From assembly GCA_036268995.1 (NCBI GenBank), contig DATATB010000074.1, forward strand, positions 5,195 to 69,194: 64,000 bases of DNA, read 5' to 3'. The position numbers and the translations under genes were made by a program. This document shows, one piece after another, positions 53,810-64,000 of this stretch. Within the stretch, counting starts at the first letter, position 1, and each line of letters begins with the position of its first letter. Below the pieces are notes generated by a model, which did not search any database, was not told the DNA's origin, and saw only the letters and a list, made by a program, of their open reading frames with translations. This DNA is from Pirellulales bacterium. GTDB lineage: Bacteria; Planctomycetota; Planctomycetia; Pirellulales; PNKZ01.

Positions 53810-55102
53810 ATGCGCAAAACACGCGATCTCGAACATCCGCGCGACGCGATTTTACGCTGTATCGAGCGGATTTACCGCTACCGCATGACGACCACCTCCG
53901 GTGGCAACCTGTCGGTCCGCGAGGCCAGCGGCGATATCTGGATCACGCCGGCCCGCATCGACAAGGGCTCGCTTACCCGCGACCACATCGTCTGCTGCCG
54001 GTCCGACGGCACGCAGGGCGGCGGGCATTGCCCTTCGTCCGAGCTGCCGTTTCATCGGGCCATTTACCAGGCCCGGCCCGATATCCGCGGCATTGTCCAT
54101 GCCCACCCGGTCGGGCTGGTGGCCTTCAGCATTGCCGGCCTCGTGCCCGACACCAGCGTGCTGTATCAGGCGTTCGACACCTGCGGCCGCGTGAGTTTTG
54201 CCCGCTATGCGCTGCCCGGCAGCGAGGCGCTCGGGCGGAATATTGCCGAAGCGTTCGCGGCCGGCGCGGATTGCGTGGTGCTGGAGAATCATGGCGTGGT
54301 CACGGCCGGCACGAGCCTGCAAGCGGCGTTCGAGCGGTTCGAGACGTTGGAGTTCACCGCGGCCACGCTGCTCGAAGCTCGGCAGTTGGGCACGGCGCGC
54401 ACGCTGGCGGCCGAGGAACTGGAGATCAAGCACCGTGCGCCGGCCGGCCATGCCCTGCTGCGTGCCGGCGAAGCCACGAGCCACGAGAAGGAGCTGCGGC
54501 GCGAGCTGAGCGAGTTTGTGCGCCGCGCATATCGTCAGCGGTTGATGATCAGCACCGAAGGCGCCTTTTCCGCACGGTTAGAAGATGATGCGTTTTTGAT
54601 TACGCCACACGCGGTCGATCGCGATCGGCTCGAGCCGGGCGAGGTCGTGCTGGTGCGGGCCGGCGCGGCTGAAGAAGGACGCATGGCCAGCAACAACGCC
54701 CGCGTGCATCGGGCGATTTACGCCCGGCATCCGGAAATTTCGTCGATCATCAATGCTTATCCGGTTAGCGCCACGGCTTTCAGCCTCACCGGCGCGGCGC
54801 TCGACGCGCGCACGATTCCAGAAAGTTATTTGTTACTGCGCGAGATTCAGCGGCTGCCACGGGCAGTGCAATACTCGGATCCGGATGCGGTGGGTGCCGC
54901 CGCGTCGCTTGCCAATCCGATCACGATCTTGGAAAACGACGGCGTGCAGATCTGCGGCACCAGCGTGCTGGACGCCTTCGATCGGCTGGAAGTGCTGGAG
55001 TCGACGGCCCGCGCGATCATTCGTGCCCGTTCGCTGGGAGACCTCGTGCCGCTGTCGGCCGAGGCGATTGCCGAGCTGCGCAAGGCCTTCCAAGTTGATT
55101 AA
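53810..55102 (+). CDS. tandem class II aldolase/adducin-domain protein (second copy lacks the metal-ligand His residues)
   Basis: Domain 1: TTSGGNLSVRE...HRAIYQARPDIRGIVHAHP. Domain 2: STEGAFSARL...HRAIYARHPEISSIINAYP, where the HxH pair is replaced by NxY. Confidence 0.8.
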   Translation: MRKTRDLEHPRDAILRCIERIYRYRMTTTSGGNLSVREASGDIWITPARIDKGSLTRDHIVCCRSDGTQGGGHCPSSELPFHRAIYQARPDIRGIVHAHPVGLVAFSIAGLVPDTSVLYQAFDTCGRVSFARYALPGSEALGRNIAEAFAAGADCVVLENHGVVTAGTSLQAAFERFETLEFTAATLLEARQLGTARTLAAEELEIKHRAPAGHALLRAGEATSHEKELRRELSEFVRRAYRQRLMISTEGAFSARLEDDAFLITPHAVDRDRLEPGEVVLVRAGAAEEGRMASNNARVHRAIYARHPEISSIINAYPVSATAFSLTGAALDARTIPESYLLLREIQRLPRAVQYSDPDAVGAAASLANPITILENDGVQICGTSVLDAFDRLEVLESTARAIIRARSLGDLVPLSAEAIAELRKAFQVD

Positions 55103-55187
55103 GACGGTTGACTAACGCACACGATTCATTCAGAACAAGGCGGCGCGGGGCCTGGGGACGGCGGAGCAAAAAAGGAGTTTGAGCGCT

Positions 55188-56207
55188 ATGCAATTGGGAA
55201 TGATCGGCCTGGGACGAATGGGTTCGAACATGGTTCGCCGGCTGATGAAAGCCGGGCACGAATGCGTGGTCTACGACGTGCACGCCGACGCGGTGGCCCA
55301 ATTGGTGAAAGAGGGCGCGGTCGGCGCCAAGTCGCTCGATGAACTGGTGCAAAAACTGCGCAAGCAGCGGGCCATCTGGCTGATGGTGCCGGCCGCCGTG
55401 GTCGATCGCAGCATTGCCGACCTGCAATCGCGGCTCGAGCGCGACGATATTCTGATCGACGGCGGCAATTCGTATTACATCGACGACATTCGCCGCGCCG
55501 GCGAACTGCGCGAAAAAGGGATTCATTACGTCGACGTGGGCACCAGCGGCGGCGTGTGGGGTTTGGAGCGCGGCTATTGCGAGATGATCGGCGGCGAAGC
55601 GGCGATCGTGAAGCATTTGGATCCGATCTTTGCGACGCTGGCGCCATCAATGGATGCCGCCCCGCGCACGCCCGGCCGCGAGGGCATCGGCGGCACGGCC
55701 GAGAAGGGCTATCTGCACTGCGGACCCAATGGGGCCGGCCATTTTGTCAAAATGGTGCATAACGGTATCGAGTACGGCGTGATGGCCGCGTATGCCGAGG
55801 GGCTGAACATCCTGCGGCATGCCAACGTCGGCCACCAGCAGCAGGAGAGCGATGCGGAGACCACGCCGCTGCGCGATCCCGAGCTGTATCAGTACGACCT
55901 GAACCTGCGCGACATTACCGAAGTCTGGCGTCGCGGCAGCGTCATCGCTTCGTGGCTGCTGGATCTGACCGCCGCCTCGCTGGTCAAGGACGAGGAACTG
56001 TCCGATTTCACCGGGCGCGTGTCCGACTCGGGCGAAGGCCGCTGGACGATCAAGGCCGCCATCGACGAGGCCGTGCCCGCGCCAGTGCTGACGGCCGCCT
56101 TGTTCGAGCGGTTTTCCAGCCGCGGCGAGGCCGATTACGGGGATCGTCTGTTGTCGGCCATGCGATTGCAGTTCGGGGGCCACATGGAGAAGAAGGCCGC
56201 TAAATAA
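55188..56207 (+). CDS. gnd: 6-phosphogluconate dehydrogenase, decarboxylating, short (GndA/YqeC-like) form
   Basis: [19 protein letters not shown] Rossmann motif, [15 protein letters not shown] and [22 protein letters not shown] lies 9 nt before ATG 55188; the track begins at TTG 55179. Confidence 0.85.
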   Translation: MQLGMIGLGRMGSNMVRRLMKAGHECVVYDVHADAVAQLVKEGAVGAKSLDELVQKLRKQRAIWLMVPAAVVDRSIADLQSRLERDDILIDGGNSYYIDDIRRAGELREKGIHYVDVGTSGGVWGLERGYCEMIGGEAAIVKHLDPIFATLAPSMDAAPRTPGREGIGGTAEKGYLHCGPNGAGHFVKMVHNGIEYGVMAAYAEGLNILRHANVGHQQQESDAETTPLRDPELYQYDLNLRDITEVWRRGSVIASWLLDLTAASLVKDEELSDFTGRVSDSGEGRWTIKAAIDEAVPAPVLTAALFERFSSRGEADYGDRLLSAMRLQFGGHMEKKAAK

Positions 56208-56255
56208 AGCGTTGAAACTTTCCCGCGGGGCCTGGAAAACTCAAGGAGTGGTGGC

Positions 56256-57635
56256 GTGAATGCTCAAAAATCCGACGCCCTGGTTTTCTTCGGAGCCACC
56301 GGCGATCTGGCCTATAAAAAGATTTTCCCAGCCCTGCAATCGATGGCGCGCCGCGGGCATCTGGACGTGCCGGTGATCGGCGTGGCCAAAGCCGGCTGGA
56401 ATCTGGATAAGCTGCGCGAGCGGGCGCGAGACAGCCTGGAAAAGCACGGCGGCGTCGACGAGCACGCCTTCGCAACGCTCTGCGACCGCATGCGCTACGT
56501 CGACGGCGATTACCAGGACGCCGAAACCTTCAAAAGGCTGCGCACCGCGTTGGGCCCCGCCAAGCACCCGGCCCATTACCTGGCGATTCCGCCCAACTTG
56601 TTTCCCGTCGTGGTCGACCAGCTTGGCAAATCCGGCTGCGCCCAGGGCGCGCGGGTCATCGTGGAAAAACCCTTCGGCCGCGACCTGGCCAGCGCACAAA
56701 AACTGAATCAGACGCTACTGAGCAATTTCGACGAGGCGTCGATCTTTCGCATCGACCACTACCTGGGCAAGGACCCGGTGCAGAACCTGCTCTTTTTTCG
56801 CTTCGCCAATTCGTTTCTCGAGCCGGTCTGGAACCGCAACCACGTCTCGAGCATGCAGATTACGATGGCCGAGAGTTTCGGCGTCGAGGGGCGCGGGGCG
56901 TTTTACGAAGAGGCCGGCACCATTCGCGACGTCGTCGAAAATCACCTACTGCAAATCCTCGCCAACTTGACGATGGAACCGCCGGTGGGCACCGACAGCG
57001 AGTCGATCCGCGACGAAAAGACCAAGATCCTCAAGGCCATTCCGCCGTTGGGACCCGGCTCGGTGGTCCGCGGGCAGTTCAAGGGCTATCGCGACGAAAA
57101 GGGCGTGGCGCCCGAATCGCAGGTCGAGACCTTCGCGGCGATGCGCATGGAAATTCATTCGTGGCGCTGGCAAGGCGTGCCGTTTTCCATTCGGGCCGGC
57201 AAGAAGCTGCCGGTCACCTGCACCGAGGTGATCGTCGAGTTCCGCTCGCCGCCGCCCTTGTTTGTCCGCACGCGACACCCCAACTATCTGCGCTTCCGCG
57301 TGAGTCCCGACGTGACCATCGGCCTGGCGGCGCTGACCAAGCAGCCCGGCGAAGAAATGATCGGCAACCAGGTCGAACTGCTGGCTACGCACCATTCTCG
57401 CACGGGCGAAATGGATGCCTACGAGCGGCTGTTGGGCGACGCCATGCACGGCGATCCCACGCTGTTTGCTCGCGAAGACTATGTCGAGGCGGCCTGGAAG
57501 ATCGTCGATCCCATCCTGAACAACAAGACGCCGCTGTTTTTCTACGAGCCCAATACGTGGGGCCCGACCGAAGTCGAGAGCCGGATTGTGCCGCCCCGTG
57601 GCTGGCACGATCCGCAAGTCCCCGAGCCGGTCTAG
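56256..57635 (+). CDS. zwf: glucose-6-phosphate 1-dehydrogenase
   Basis: [32 protein letters not shown] and [11 protein letters not shown] start with AAGGAG upstream. Confidence 0.95.
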   Translation: MNAQKSDALVFFGATGDLAYKKIFPALQSMARRGHLDVPVIGVAKAGWNLDKLRERARDSLEKHGGVDEHAFATLCDRMRYVDGDYQDAETFKRLRTALGPAKHPAHYLAIPPNLFPVVVDQLGKSGCAQGARVIVEKPFGRDLASAQKLNQTLLSNFDEASIFRIDHYLGKDPVQNLLFFRFANSFLEPVWNRNHVSSMQITMAESFGVEGRGAFYEEAGTIRDVVENHLLQILANLTMEPPVGTDSESIRDEKTKILKAIPPLGPGSVVRGQFKGYRDEKGVAPESQVETFAAMRMEIHSWRWQGVPFSIRAGKKLPVTCTEVIVEFRSPPPLFVRTRHPNYLRFRVSPDVTIGLAALTKQPGEEMIGNQVELLATHHSRTGEMDAYERLLGDAMHGDPTLFAREDYVEAAWKIVDPILNNKTPLFFYEPNTWGPTEVESRIVPPRGWHDPQVPEPV

Positions 57636-57645
57636 ACTGAATTCT

Positions 57646-57702
57646 GGGAGGGCGAGGCTCCTGCCGAGCCGCATGATGGCTCGGCAGGAGCCTCGCCCTC
57701 CC
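57646..57702. repeat. 25-bp perfect-stem hairpin (7-nt loop) between zwf and rpiA
   Basis: GGGAGGGCGAGGCTCCTGCCGAGCC-GCATGAT-GGCTCGGCAGGAGCCTCGCCCTCCC. The right side continues as GCTAC (CTAC end at 57704-57707). No U-run follows. Confidence 0.85.
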
Positions 57703-57729
57703 GCTACGTGAAAACCCTTGTTATGAGGA

Positions 57730-58428
57730 TTGCGCATGGGTCCATCGTCCTCCGGGCTGCGGGCGATCGCCGCACGTGCCTTGGAGTACGTGACCGACGG
57801 AGACGTCGTGGGCTTGGGCACCGGTCATGCGGCCACCGCGTTCATCGAGGCCCTGGGCCAGCGCGTGGCTGATGGCTTGGGCATTCGCGGCATCGCCACC
57901 AGCGAGGCTACGGCCGAACTGGCCGGCCGCTTGGGCATTCGGCTGACGAATTTCGCCGAAGCGGACACAATCGACGTCGACGTGGACGGCGCCGACGAAG
58001 TCGATCCGCAGTTGAATCTCATCAAGGGCTATGGCGCGGCGCTACTGCGTGAGAAGGTCGTGGCTTCGGCCAGCCGACGCGTGGTGATCCTCGTCGGTCC
58101 AGAAAAGCTCGTGCCCGTATTGGGCTCGCGCGGCAAGCTGCCGGTGGAGGTCGTGCCCTTCGGCCTCGCCTGGTGTGCGCGCCAACTGGAGCGGCTCGGC
58201 CTTTCCTCCGAGCCGCGCAGGACCGCCGACGGCGGTTTGCTGCTGACGGACAACGGCAATGCGATCCTCGATTGCCGCGTGGGCCCCATCGACGATCCGG
58301 CGCAACTCGACCAGCAATTGCGTGCCATTCCCGGCGTCGCCGGCACCGGGTTGTTCATCGCCACGGCCCACACCGTGCTCGTCGATCGTGGCGACCACGT
58401 GGAAGCCCGCCACCGGAGCGGCGCATGA
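57730..58428 (+). CDS. rpiA: ribose-5-phosphate isomerase A
   Basis: VVGLGTGHAATAFIEAL, DGADEVDPQLNLIKGYGAALLREK. Start at TTG 57730 or ATG 57736. The stop overlaps the ackA start (ATGA). Confidence 0.9.
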   Translation: MRMGPSSSGLRAIAARALEYVTDGDVVGLGTGHAATAFIEALGQRVADGLGIRGIATSEATAELAGRLGIRLTNFAEADTIDVDVDGADEVDPQLNLIKGYGAALLREKVVASASRRVVILVGPEKLVPVLGSRGKLPVEVVPFGLAWCARQLERLGLSSEPRRTADGGLLLTDNGNAILDCRVGPIDDPAQLDQQLRAIPGVAGTGLFIATAHTVLVDRGDHVEARHRSGA

Positions 58429-59633
58429 GCGGTTCCGTGCTCTCCGTCAACGGCGGCTCCTCCAGCATCAAGTTCGCCCTCTATAAAAGGGGTCAGAACT
58501 ATTTTTCGCAGAAAAATAGTTCTGACCCCTTTATTTCGGGGCAGATCGAGCGGATCGGGTCGGCGGAGGCGCGGCTGCGGGTCGGGGACGAGCGGCGGGC
58601 GGTCGCGGCGGCCGATCATGCGCAGGCGGTGCTGCGGTTGGTCGAGTGGTTTCAAGAGCACGGCGGGCTGGACGACGTGGCGGCCATCGGGCATCGCATC
58701 GTGCACGGCGGACAGCACTACGTGCAGCCGGCGCGGGTCACGCCCGAAATGCTGGCAGAGCTCAAGCGGCTGGTGCCGATCGATCCGACGCACCTGCCCG
58801 GCGAGATCGCGCTCATCGAGGCCTTCGAGCGCCACCTGCCCAAGGTGCCGCAAGTGGCCTGTTTCGACACGGCCTTTCATCGCCAACTGCCGCGCGTGGC
58901 CTGGCTGCTGCCGCTTCCCCGCCGTTACGCGGCGCAGGGCGTGCGGCGCTACGGCTTTCACGGCTTGTCGTTCACCTATCTGATGGCCGAGCTCGCGCGT
59001 TTGGATCCGGCGGCGGCTGGCGGCCGCGTGGTGCTGGCCCATCTCGGGTCGGGAGCGAGCATGGCGGCCGTGCGCGGCGGCCAGCCGATCGACACCACCA
59101 TGTCGTTCACGCCGGCCGCCGGCCTGGTGATGGGCACGCGCACCGGCGACATCGATGCTGGCGTGCTCACGTACTTGATGCGGACCGAGGGGCTGAACGC
59201 CGATCAAATCGACGACCTGGTGAACCATCAATCCGGCCTGCTGGGCATGTCCGAGACCAGCGCCGACATGCGCGATTTGCAAGCACGCCGCCACGAAGAT
59301 CCACGGGCCGACGACGCAGTGACCGGCTTTTGCTATTCGGCCCGCAAATGGATCGGAGCACTGACCGCGATCCTGGGCGGAATCGAGACTCTGGTGTTCA
59401 GCGGCGGCATCGGCGAGAACGCGCCGGCTGTCCGAGCCGAAATCTGCCAGGGGCTCGAACATCTCGGCATGCGCTTGGACGCCGGGCGCAATGAACAGAC
59501 CGAAGCGGTGATTTCGTCCGGCGAGAGCCCCTGCTGCGTGCGGGTTATCCACACCAATGAGGAAGCGGTGATCGTGGAACAGGTGCGGCAATTGATCGCC
59601 GGCCCATCGGTAAAGAAAGGCAGCACGGCATGA
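58425..59633 (+). CDS. ackA: acetate kinase
   Basis: [46 protein letters not shown] and GGIGEN. ATG 58425 overlaps the rpiA stop, and the ackA stop overlaps the xfp start. Confidence 0.9.
   Translation: MSGSVLSVNGGSSSIKFALYKRGQNYFSQKNSSDPFISGQIERIGSAEARLRVGDERRAVAAADHAQAVLRLVEWFQEHGGLDDVAAIGHRIVHGGQHYVQPARVTPEMLAELKRLVPIDPTHLPGEIALIEAFERHLPKVPQVACFDTAFHRQLPRVAWLLPLPRRYAAQGVRRYGFHGLSFTYLMAELARLDPAAAGGRVVLAHLGSGASMAAVRGGQPIDTTMSFTPAAGLVMGTRTGDIDAGVLTYLMRTEGLNADQIDDLVNHQSGLLGMSETSADMRDLQARRHEDPRADDAVTGFCYSARKWIGALTAILGGIETLVFSGGIGENAPAVRAEICQGLEHLGMRLDAGRNEQTEAVISSGESPCCVRVIHTNEEAVIVEQVRQLIAGPSVKKGSTA
58485..58531. repeat. AT-rich 21-bp perfect inverted repeat (5-nt loop) embedded in frame in ackA
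   Basis: AAAGGGGTCAGAACTATTTTT-CGCAG-AAAAATAGTTCTGACCCCTTT. About one-third GC within a GC-rich gene. It encodes ..[19 protein letters not shown].. in the variable loop between the SSSIKF motif and IERIG. Confidence 0.9.
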
Positions 59634-61993
59634 CGGCCAACGCGATCCCCGACGAACTGTTGCAAAAAATCGACGCGTATTGGCGGGCCGCCAACTACCT
59701 GTCCGTGGGACAGATCTACCTGTACGACAATCCGCTGCTCAAAGCGCCGCTGGCGCCGGCCCACATCAAGCCGCGTCTGCTGGGTCATTGGGGCACCACG
59801 CCGGGCCAGAATTTTATTTACGCCCATCTCAACCGCGTGATCAAGCAGTATGACTTGAACATGATCTACATCTCCGGCCCGGGACACGGCGGGCCGGCTC
59901 TAGTGGCCAACACGTATCTCGAAGGCACGTACAGCGAGGTCTATCCGAACATTTCGCAGGACGAAGCGGGGCTCCAGCGGCTGTTCAAGCAGTTCTCGTT
60001 TCCCGGCGGAATTCCCAGCCACGTGGCGCCCGAAACGCCCGGCTCGATCCACGAAGGCGGCGAGTTGGGCTACAGCCTCAGCCATGCCTACGGCGCCGTG
60101 TTCGACAATCCCGATCTGCTCGTGGCGTGCGTCATTGGCGACGGCGAGGCCGAGACCGGGCCGCTGGCCACGAGCTGGCACGGCAACAAATTTTTGAATC
60201 CCGCGACTGACGGCGCGGTGCTGCCGATCCTGCACTTGAACGGCTACAAAATCGCCAATCCCGCCGTACTGGCGCGCGTGGGGCACGAAGAGTTGGGGCT
60301 GCTGTTGCGCGGCTACGGCTACGAGCCCTGCTTCGTGGCCGGCGACGATCCGGCGCGCATGCACCGCCTGATGGCCGAGACGCTCGACAAAGTCGTGGGC
60401 CAGATTTCGCGCATCCAGCGCCAAGCCCGGACCGAGGGTTTTCAGCATCGCCCGCGCTGGCCGATGATCGTGCTCGATTCGCCCAAGGGCTGGACCGGAC
60501 CGAAGGTGGTCGACGGCTTGCCGGTCGAAGGCACGTTCCGCGCGCACCAGGTGCCGCTATCGCAGCCGCGCGACAATCCGCAGCACCTGGCGATGCTCGA
60601 TGCCTGGATGCGCAGCTACCGGCCCGAGGAGCTGTTCGATGCCGACGGTCGTTTGCGCGCCGAGCTGGCCGAGCTGGCGCCACGCGGGCCGCGGCGGATG
60701 GGCGCCAATCCCAATGCCAACGGCGGCCTGCTGCTCAAAGCGTTGCGGCTGCCCGATTTTCGAGACTTTGCCGTCGACGTGCCCAGCCCCGGCCAGGTGG
60801 ATGCGGCCGACACCGCCGTGTTGGGCACGTATCTGCGCGACGTGCTCAAGGTCAACGACGACCGCAAGAACTTTCGCATCTTCGGGCCCGACGAAACGAT
60901 GAGCAACCGCTTGTCGGCCGTCTTCGAAACGACCGAGCGGCAATGGACGGCCGAAACCATTCCCATCGACGATCACCTGGCGCCGATCGGCCGTGTGGTC
61001 GAAATGCTCAGCGAACATCAGTGCGAGGGCTGGCTCGAAGGCTACCTGCTGACCGGCCGCCACGGGCTGTTCAATTCGTACGAGGCATTCATCCACATCA
61101 TCGATTCGATGTTCAACCAGCACGCCAAGTGGCTGAAGGTCACGCGGCAGATTTCGTGGCGGCGGCCGATCGCTTCGCTGAATATCCTGCTGGCTTCGCA
61201 CGTCTGGCGGCAGGACCACAACGGCTTCACGCACCAGGATCCCGGCTTTATCGACCTGGTGGCCAACAAGAAGGCCGAGATCATTCGCGTGTATTTGCCG
61301 CCCGATGCCAACACGCTGCTGTCGGTCATGGCCCATTGCCTGGCCAGCCAGAATTACGTGAACGTGATCGTGGCCGGCAAGCACCCGGCGCCGCAATGGC
61401 TGTCGATGGACGCGGCCGTGAAGCATTGCACCGGGGGCATCGGCATTTGGGATTGGGCCAGCAACGACCAGGGCTCGGACCCCGACCTGGTAATGGCGGC
61501 CGCCGGCGACGTGCCCACGCTCGAATGTCTGGCTGCCATCTCGATTCTGCGCGAGAAGTTGCCCACGCTGAAAATCCGGATGATCAACGTCGTCGACCTG
61601 ATGCGGCTCGAGCCGACGAGCGAACATCCGCACGGCATGAGCGACCGCGACTTCGACACGCTGTTCACGCGCGACAAGCCGGTGATCTTCGCCTATCACG
61701 GCTATCCTTGGCTAATCCACCGGCTGACGTACCGCCGCACCAACCATCGCAACATCCACGTTCGCGGTTACAAGGAAGAGGGCACGATCACCACGCCGTT
61801 CGACATGGCGGTGCTCAACGACCTGGACCGCTTTCATCTCGTGGCCGACGCCGTCGATCGCCTGCCGCAACTGGGCGCGAGTGCCGCGTATATTAAGCAG
61901 TGGTGCCGCGATAAATTGATCGAGCATCGCCAGTACATTTATCAATACGGAGAGGACATGCCCGAGATTCTGAATTGGCGTTGGAAGTCGTAA
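59630..61993 (+). CDS. xfp: xylulose-5-phosphate/fructose-6-phosphate phosphoketolase
   Basis: [33 protein letters not shown] and GDGEAETGP; 787 aa. Typical XFP family text. Confidence 0.95.
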   Translation: MTANAIPDELLQKIDAYWRAANYLSVGQIYLYDNPLLKAPLAPAHIKPRLLGHWGTTPGQNFIYAHLNRVIKQYDLNMIYISGPGHGGPALVANTYLEGTYSEVYPNISQDEAGLQRLFKQFSFPGGIPSHVAPETPGSIHEGGELGYSLSHAYGAVFDNPDLLVACVIGDGEAETGPLATSWHGNKFLNPATDGAVLPILHLNGYKIANPAVLARVGHEELGLLLRGYGYEPCFVAGDDPARMHRLMAETLDKVVGQISRIQRQARTEGFQHRPRWPMIVLDSPKGWTGPKVVDGLPVEGTFRAHQVPLSQPRDNPQHLAMLDAWMRSYRPEELFDADGRLRAELAELAPRGPRRMGANPNANGGLLLKALRLPDFRDFAVDVPSPGQVDAADTAVLGTYLRDVLKVNDDRKNFRIFGPDETMSNRLSAVFETTERQWTAETIPIDDHLAPIGRVVEMLSEHQCEGWLEGYLLTGRHGLFNSYEAFIHIIDSMFNQHAKWLKVTRQISWRRPIASLNILLASHVWRQDHNGFTHQDPGFIDLVANKKAEIIRVYLPPDANTLLSVMAHCLASQNYVNVIVAGKHPAPQWLSMDAAVKHCTGGIGIWDWASNDQGSDPDLVMAAAGDVPTLECLAAISILREKLPTLKIRMINVVDLMRLEPTSEHPHGMSDRDFDTLFTRDKPVIFAYHGYPWLIHRLTYRRTNHRNIHVRGYKEEGTITTPFDMAVLNDLDRFHLVADAVDRLPQLGASAAYIKQWCRDKLIEHRQYIYQYGEDMPEILNWRWKS

Positions 61994-61994
61994 G

Positions 61995-62591
61995 ATGAAT
62001 CCATCACTGCCGCATATTTACTTGGCCCGGCATGGCGAAACGGCCTGGAGCGCGTCGGGCCAGCACACGAGCGTCACCGATTTGCCGCTCACCGAGCGTG
62101 GCGAGCGCAGCGCCGCGCTGCTGGTTGGGCGGCTGGCGGGCGTTCGCTTCGACCTGGTGCTGTGCAGTCCCCTGCTGCGGGCTCGGCGCACCTGCCAATT
62201 GGCGGGATTCAGTGATCGGGCCGAAATCGAGCCGCGGCTGGCCGAGTGGAACTACGGCCAGTATGAGGGGCTCACCACGCCCGAAATTCAAGGCCAGCGA
62301 CCCGATTGGGAATTATTTCGCGACGGCTGTCCGGCGGGCGAGTCGATCGTGCAAGTGGCCCAACGGGCCGAAGGCGTCATCCAGCGGCTGCGGTCGGCGG
62401 GTGGCAATGGGCTCGTTTTTTCCAGCGGGCATATTCTGCGCGTGCTGGCGGCCCGCTGGCTGGGACTCGATGCGGCCTGTGGCCGGCTGCTTTTTCTTTC
62501 CACCGCCAGCTTGAGTATCTTGGGCTACGACCATAATCTGTCGGAGCCGATCGTCCACTTGTGGAACGACGCTCGGCCGGCGAATGTGTGA
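61995..62591 (+). CDS. histidine phosphatase (phosphoglycerate mutase) superfamily protein
   Basis: LARHGETAWS (RHG catalytic motif), LTERGERSA and SSGHILRVL. It starts 1 nt after the xfp stop. Confidence 0.85.
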   Translation: MNPSLPHIYLARHGETAWSASGQHTSVTDLPLTERGERSAALLVGRLAGVRFDLVLCSPLLRARRTCQLAGFSDRAEIEPRLAEWNYGQYEGLTTPEIQGQRPDWELFRDGCPAGESIVQVAQRAEGVIQRLRSAGGNGLVFSSGHILRVLAARWLGLDAACGRLLFLSTASLSILGYDHNLSEPIVHLWNDARPANV

Positions 62592-62608
62592 AAATCGAAA
62601 CAAAGGAA

Positions 62609-62726
62609 TTTGAACAGGAGAACGCGAAGGACGCTAAGAAGGAAGAAAAAAGGACGAGCTTATGGACGATTCCGCGCGTCGCGTGAGCCACCTTTACCTT
62701 TGCGTGCTTTGCGATCTTCTGTTCAA
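62609..62726. repeat. diverged copy of the GAACAGAAGATCGCAAAG inverted-repeat family
   Basis: The left arm tttgaacaggagaacgcgaaggacgctaag (62609-62638) pairs with ctttgcgtgctttgcgatcttctgttcaaa (62697-62726) with about 5 mismatches. It lies between the phosphatase stop and the pgm start. Confidence 0.65.
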
Positions 62727-62760
62727 ACTCTTTGTCTAAGAGCAACTGAAAAGGAACGTG

Positions 62761-64000
62761 ATGGCGATTCATCCCTTGGCGGGTCAGCCGGCGCCGGCTT
62801 CGGTCCTCGTGGATCTGGCTCAGCTCGACCGGGCGTATCATGAGACCCGGCCCGACACGTCCGACCCGACCAAGCTGGTCAGCTTCGGCACCAGCGGACA
62901 TCGCGGCAGCTCGCTCGACGGCACGCTGACCGAAGCGCACATCCTGTCCATCACGCAAGCGATTTGCGATTACCGCCGACAGCAAGGCATTGACGGCCCG
63001 CTGTACATGGGCAAGGACACGCACGCGCTATCCGGACCCGCGCAGCGCACGGCGCTCGAGGTGCTGGCCGCCAACGAGGTGAGCACGATCATCGAGCACG
63101 ACGAGGGCGTGACGCCCACGCCGGTCATCTCGCGAGCCATTCTCGTTCACAATCGCGGCCGCACCGCCGGGCTGGCCGACGGCATCATTATCACCCCCTC
63201 GCACAATCCGCCCGAAGACGGCGGCTTCAAATATAATCCCACCGGTGGCGGCCCGGCCGATACGGATGTTACCAGTTGGATTCAAGACCGCGCCAACACG
63301 CTACTCAAGGCCGGCAATACCGATGTCAAACGCGTGCCGTACGAGCGAGCCTTGCGGGCCGTCACGACCAAGGCCGAGGACCTGGCGACGCCCTACGTGC
63401 GTGACCTGGTCAATGTCGTCGACATCGAGGCCATTCGCTCTTCGGGATTGCGGATGGCGGCCGATCCGCTGGGCGGGGCGAGCGTCCGTTATTGGGAACT
63501 TATCCAGGCCACATACCGGCTCGACATCAAGGTGGTCAACACGCACGTCGATCCCACGTTCTCGTTCATGACGCTCGACCACGACGGCAAAATCCGCATG
63601 GACTGCTCGAGTCCCTATGCGATGGCCCGGCTGGTCGGGTTGAAGGACCAATATCAGCTAGCTTTCGCCAACGATCCGGACGCGGACCGGCATGGGATTG
63701 TCACGCCGACTTCGGGGCTGATGAATCCCAACCATTACCTGGCCGTGGCGATCGACTATCTGCTCGCGCATCGGCCCGGTTGGCCAGCGCAGGCTGCCGT
63801 GGGCAAGACGCTGGTCAGCAGTAGCACCATCGACCGCGTGGTGGCCGCCCTGGGGCGAAAGGTGTCGGAAGTGCCGGTCGGGTTCAAATGGTTCGCTCCG
63901 GGATTGTTCGACGGCTCGATCTGCTTCGGCGGCGAAGAGAGTGCCGGAGCCAGCTTTTTGCGCCGCGACGGCACGGTTTGGACCACGGACAAAGACGGCA
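62761..64000 (+). CDS. pgm: phosphoglucomutase, alpha-D-glucose-phosphate-specific (3' end outside the window)
   Basis: My own translation from ATG 62761: [22 protein letters not shown]...[10 protein letters not shown]...[19 protein letters not shown] (active-site Ser loop). The frame is open to the window end, which is why it is absent from the closed-ORF track. Confidence 0.9.
   Translation, partial: MAIHPLAGQPAPASVLVDLAQLDRAYHETRPDTSDPTKLVSFGTSGHRGSSLDGTLTEAHILSITQAICDYRRQQGIDGPLYMGKDTHALSGPAQRTALEVLAANEVSTIIEHDEGVTPTPVISRAILVHNRGRTAGLADGIIITPSHNPPEDGGFKYNPTGGGPADTDVTSWIQDRANTLLKAGNTDVKRVPYERALRAVTTKAEDLATPYVRDLVNVVDIEAIRSSGLRMAADPLGGASVRYWELIQATYRLDIKVVNTHVDPTFSFMTLDHDGKIRMDCSSPYAMARLVGLKDQYQLAFANDPDADRHGIVTPTSGLMNPNHYLAVAIDYLLAHRPGWPAQAAVGKTLVSSSTIDRVVAALGRKVSEVPVGFKWFAPGLFDGSICFGGEESAGASFLRRDGTVWTTDKDG

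Noticed and set aside
58029-59591. 520-aa minus-strand ORF antisense to rpiA/ackA
   Set aside because: It is antisense to two confidently identified enzymes, and its sequence is low-complexity.

Overview
This is a high-GC chromosomal window, roughly mid-60s % by eye, with about 50 supported protein genes. No rRNA, tRNA or CRISPR array was found. The gene content points to Planctomycetota, probably Pirellulales-like. That call is inference only and rests on these features: an ECF sigma factor next to a Ser/Thr kinase with an FGE/SUMF1 domain, a free-standing RpoA-CTD-like protein, a secreted protein with the N-terminal LEDRxLxSA motif, a long-loop TatC, and many dispersed palindromic intergenic repeats.

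Gene order from left to right:
- 1-2.7 kb: four same-strand orphan ORFs, possibly the edge of an integrated element.
- A sigma54-type response regulator and histidine kinase pair, divergent from a Tyr-phosphatase / GT39 (ArnT-like) / GT2 (polyprenyl-phosphate GT-like) cluster.
- A PP2C phosphatase, a PEGA lipoprotein and mlaEFD.
- clpC, then a Clp_N-ThiE fusion, a TlpA-like redoxin, a CorC/CNNM transporter, a CYTH protein and a TIM-barrel isomerase.
- A delta-60-repeat secreted protein, rluB-pyrK and several small lipoprotein/membrane ORFs.
- A secreted WD40 protein with a catalytically degenerate caspase-like domain.
- manA-like, tatC, polX and a DRG-like GTPase.
- A coupled three-gene module of unknown function: a DUF3592-type membrane protein, a beta-sandwich paralog and a small P-loop NTPase.
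- A PQQ-like propeller, the ECF/STK-FGE pair and an IS5-family transposase remnant.
- A carbon-metabolism cluster: tandem class II aldolase, gnd-like, zwf, rpiA, ackA, xfp, a histidine phosphatase and pgm (3' end outside the window).

The most unusual directly visible signals are:
- Several sequence families of GTAG...CTAC double-hairpin (REP/REPIN-like) elements, one copy sitting in frame inside the kinase gene. A separate AT-rich palindrome without GTAG/CTAC termini sits in frame inside ackA.
- The uncharacterised three-gene module at 40.9-43.4 kb.
- The pseudo-caspase WD40 protein.

All functional calls come from motif recognition by eye. No searches were run, and many start codons are uncertain.
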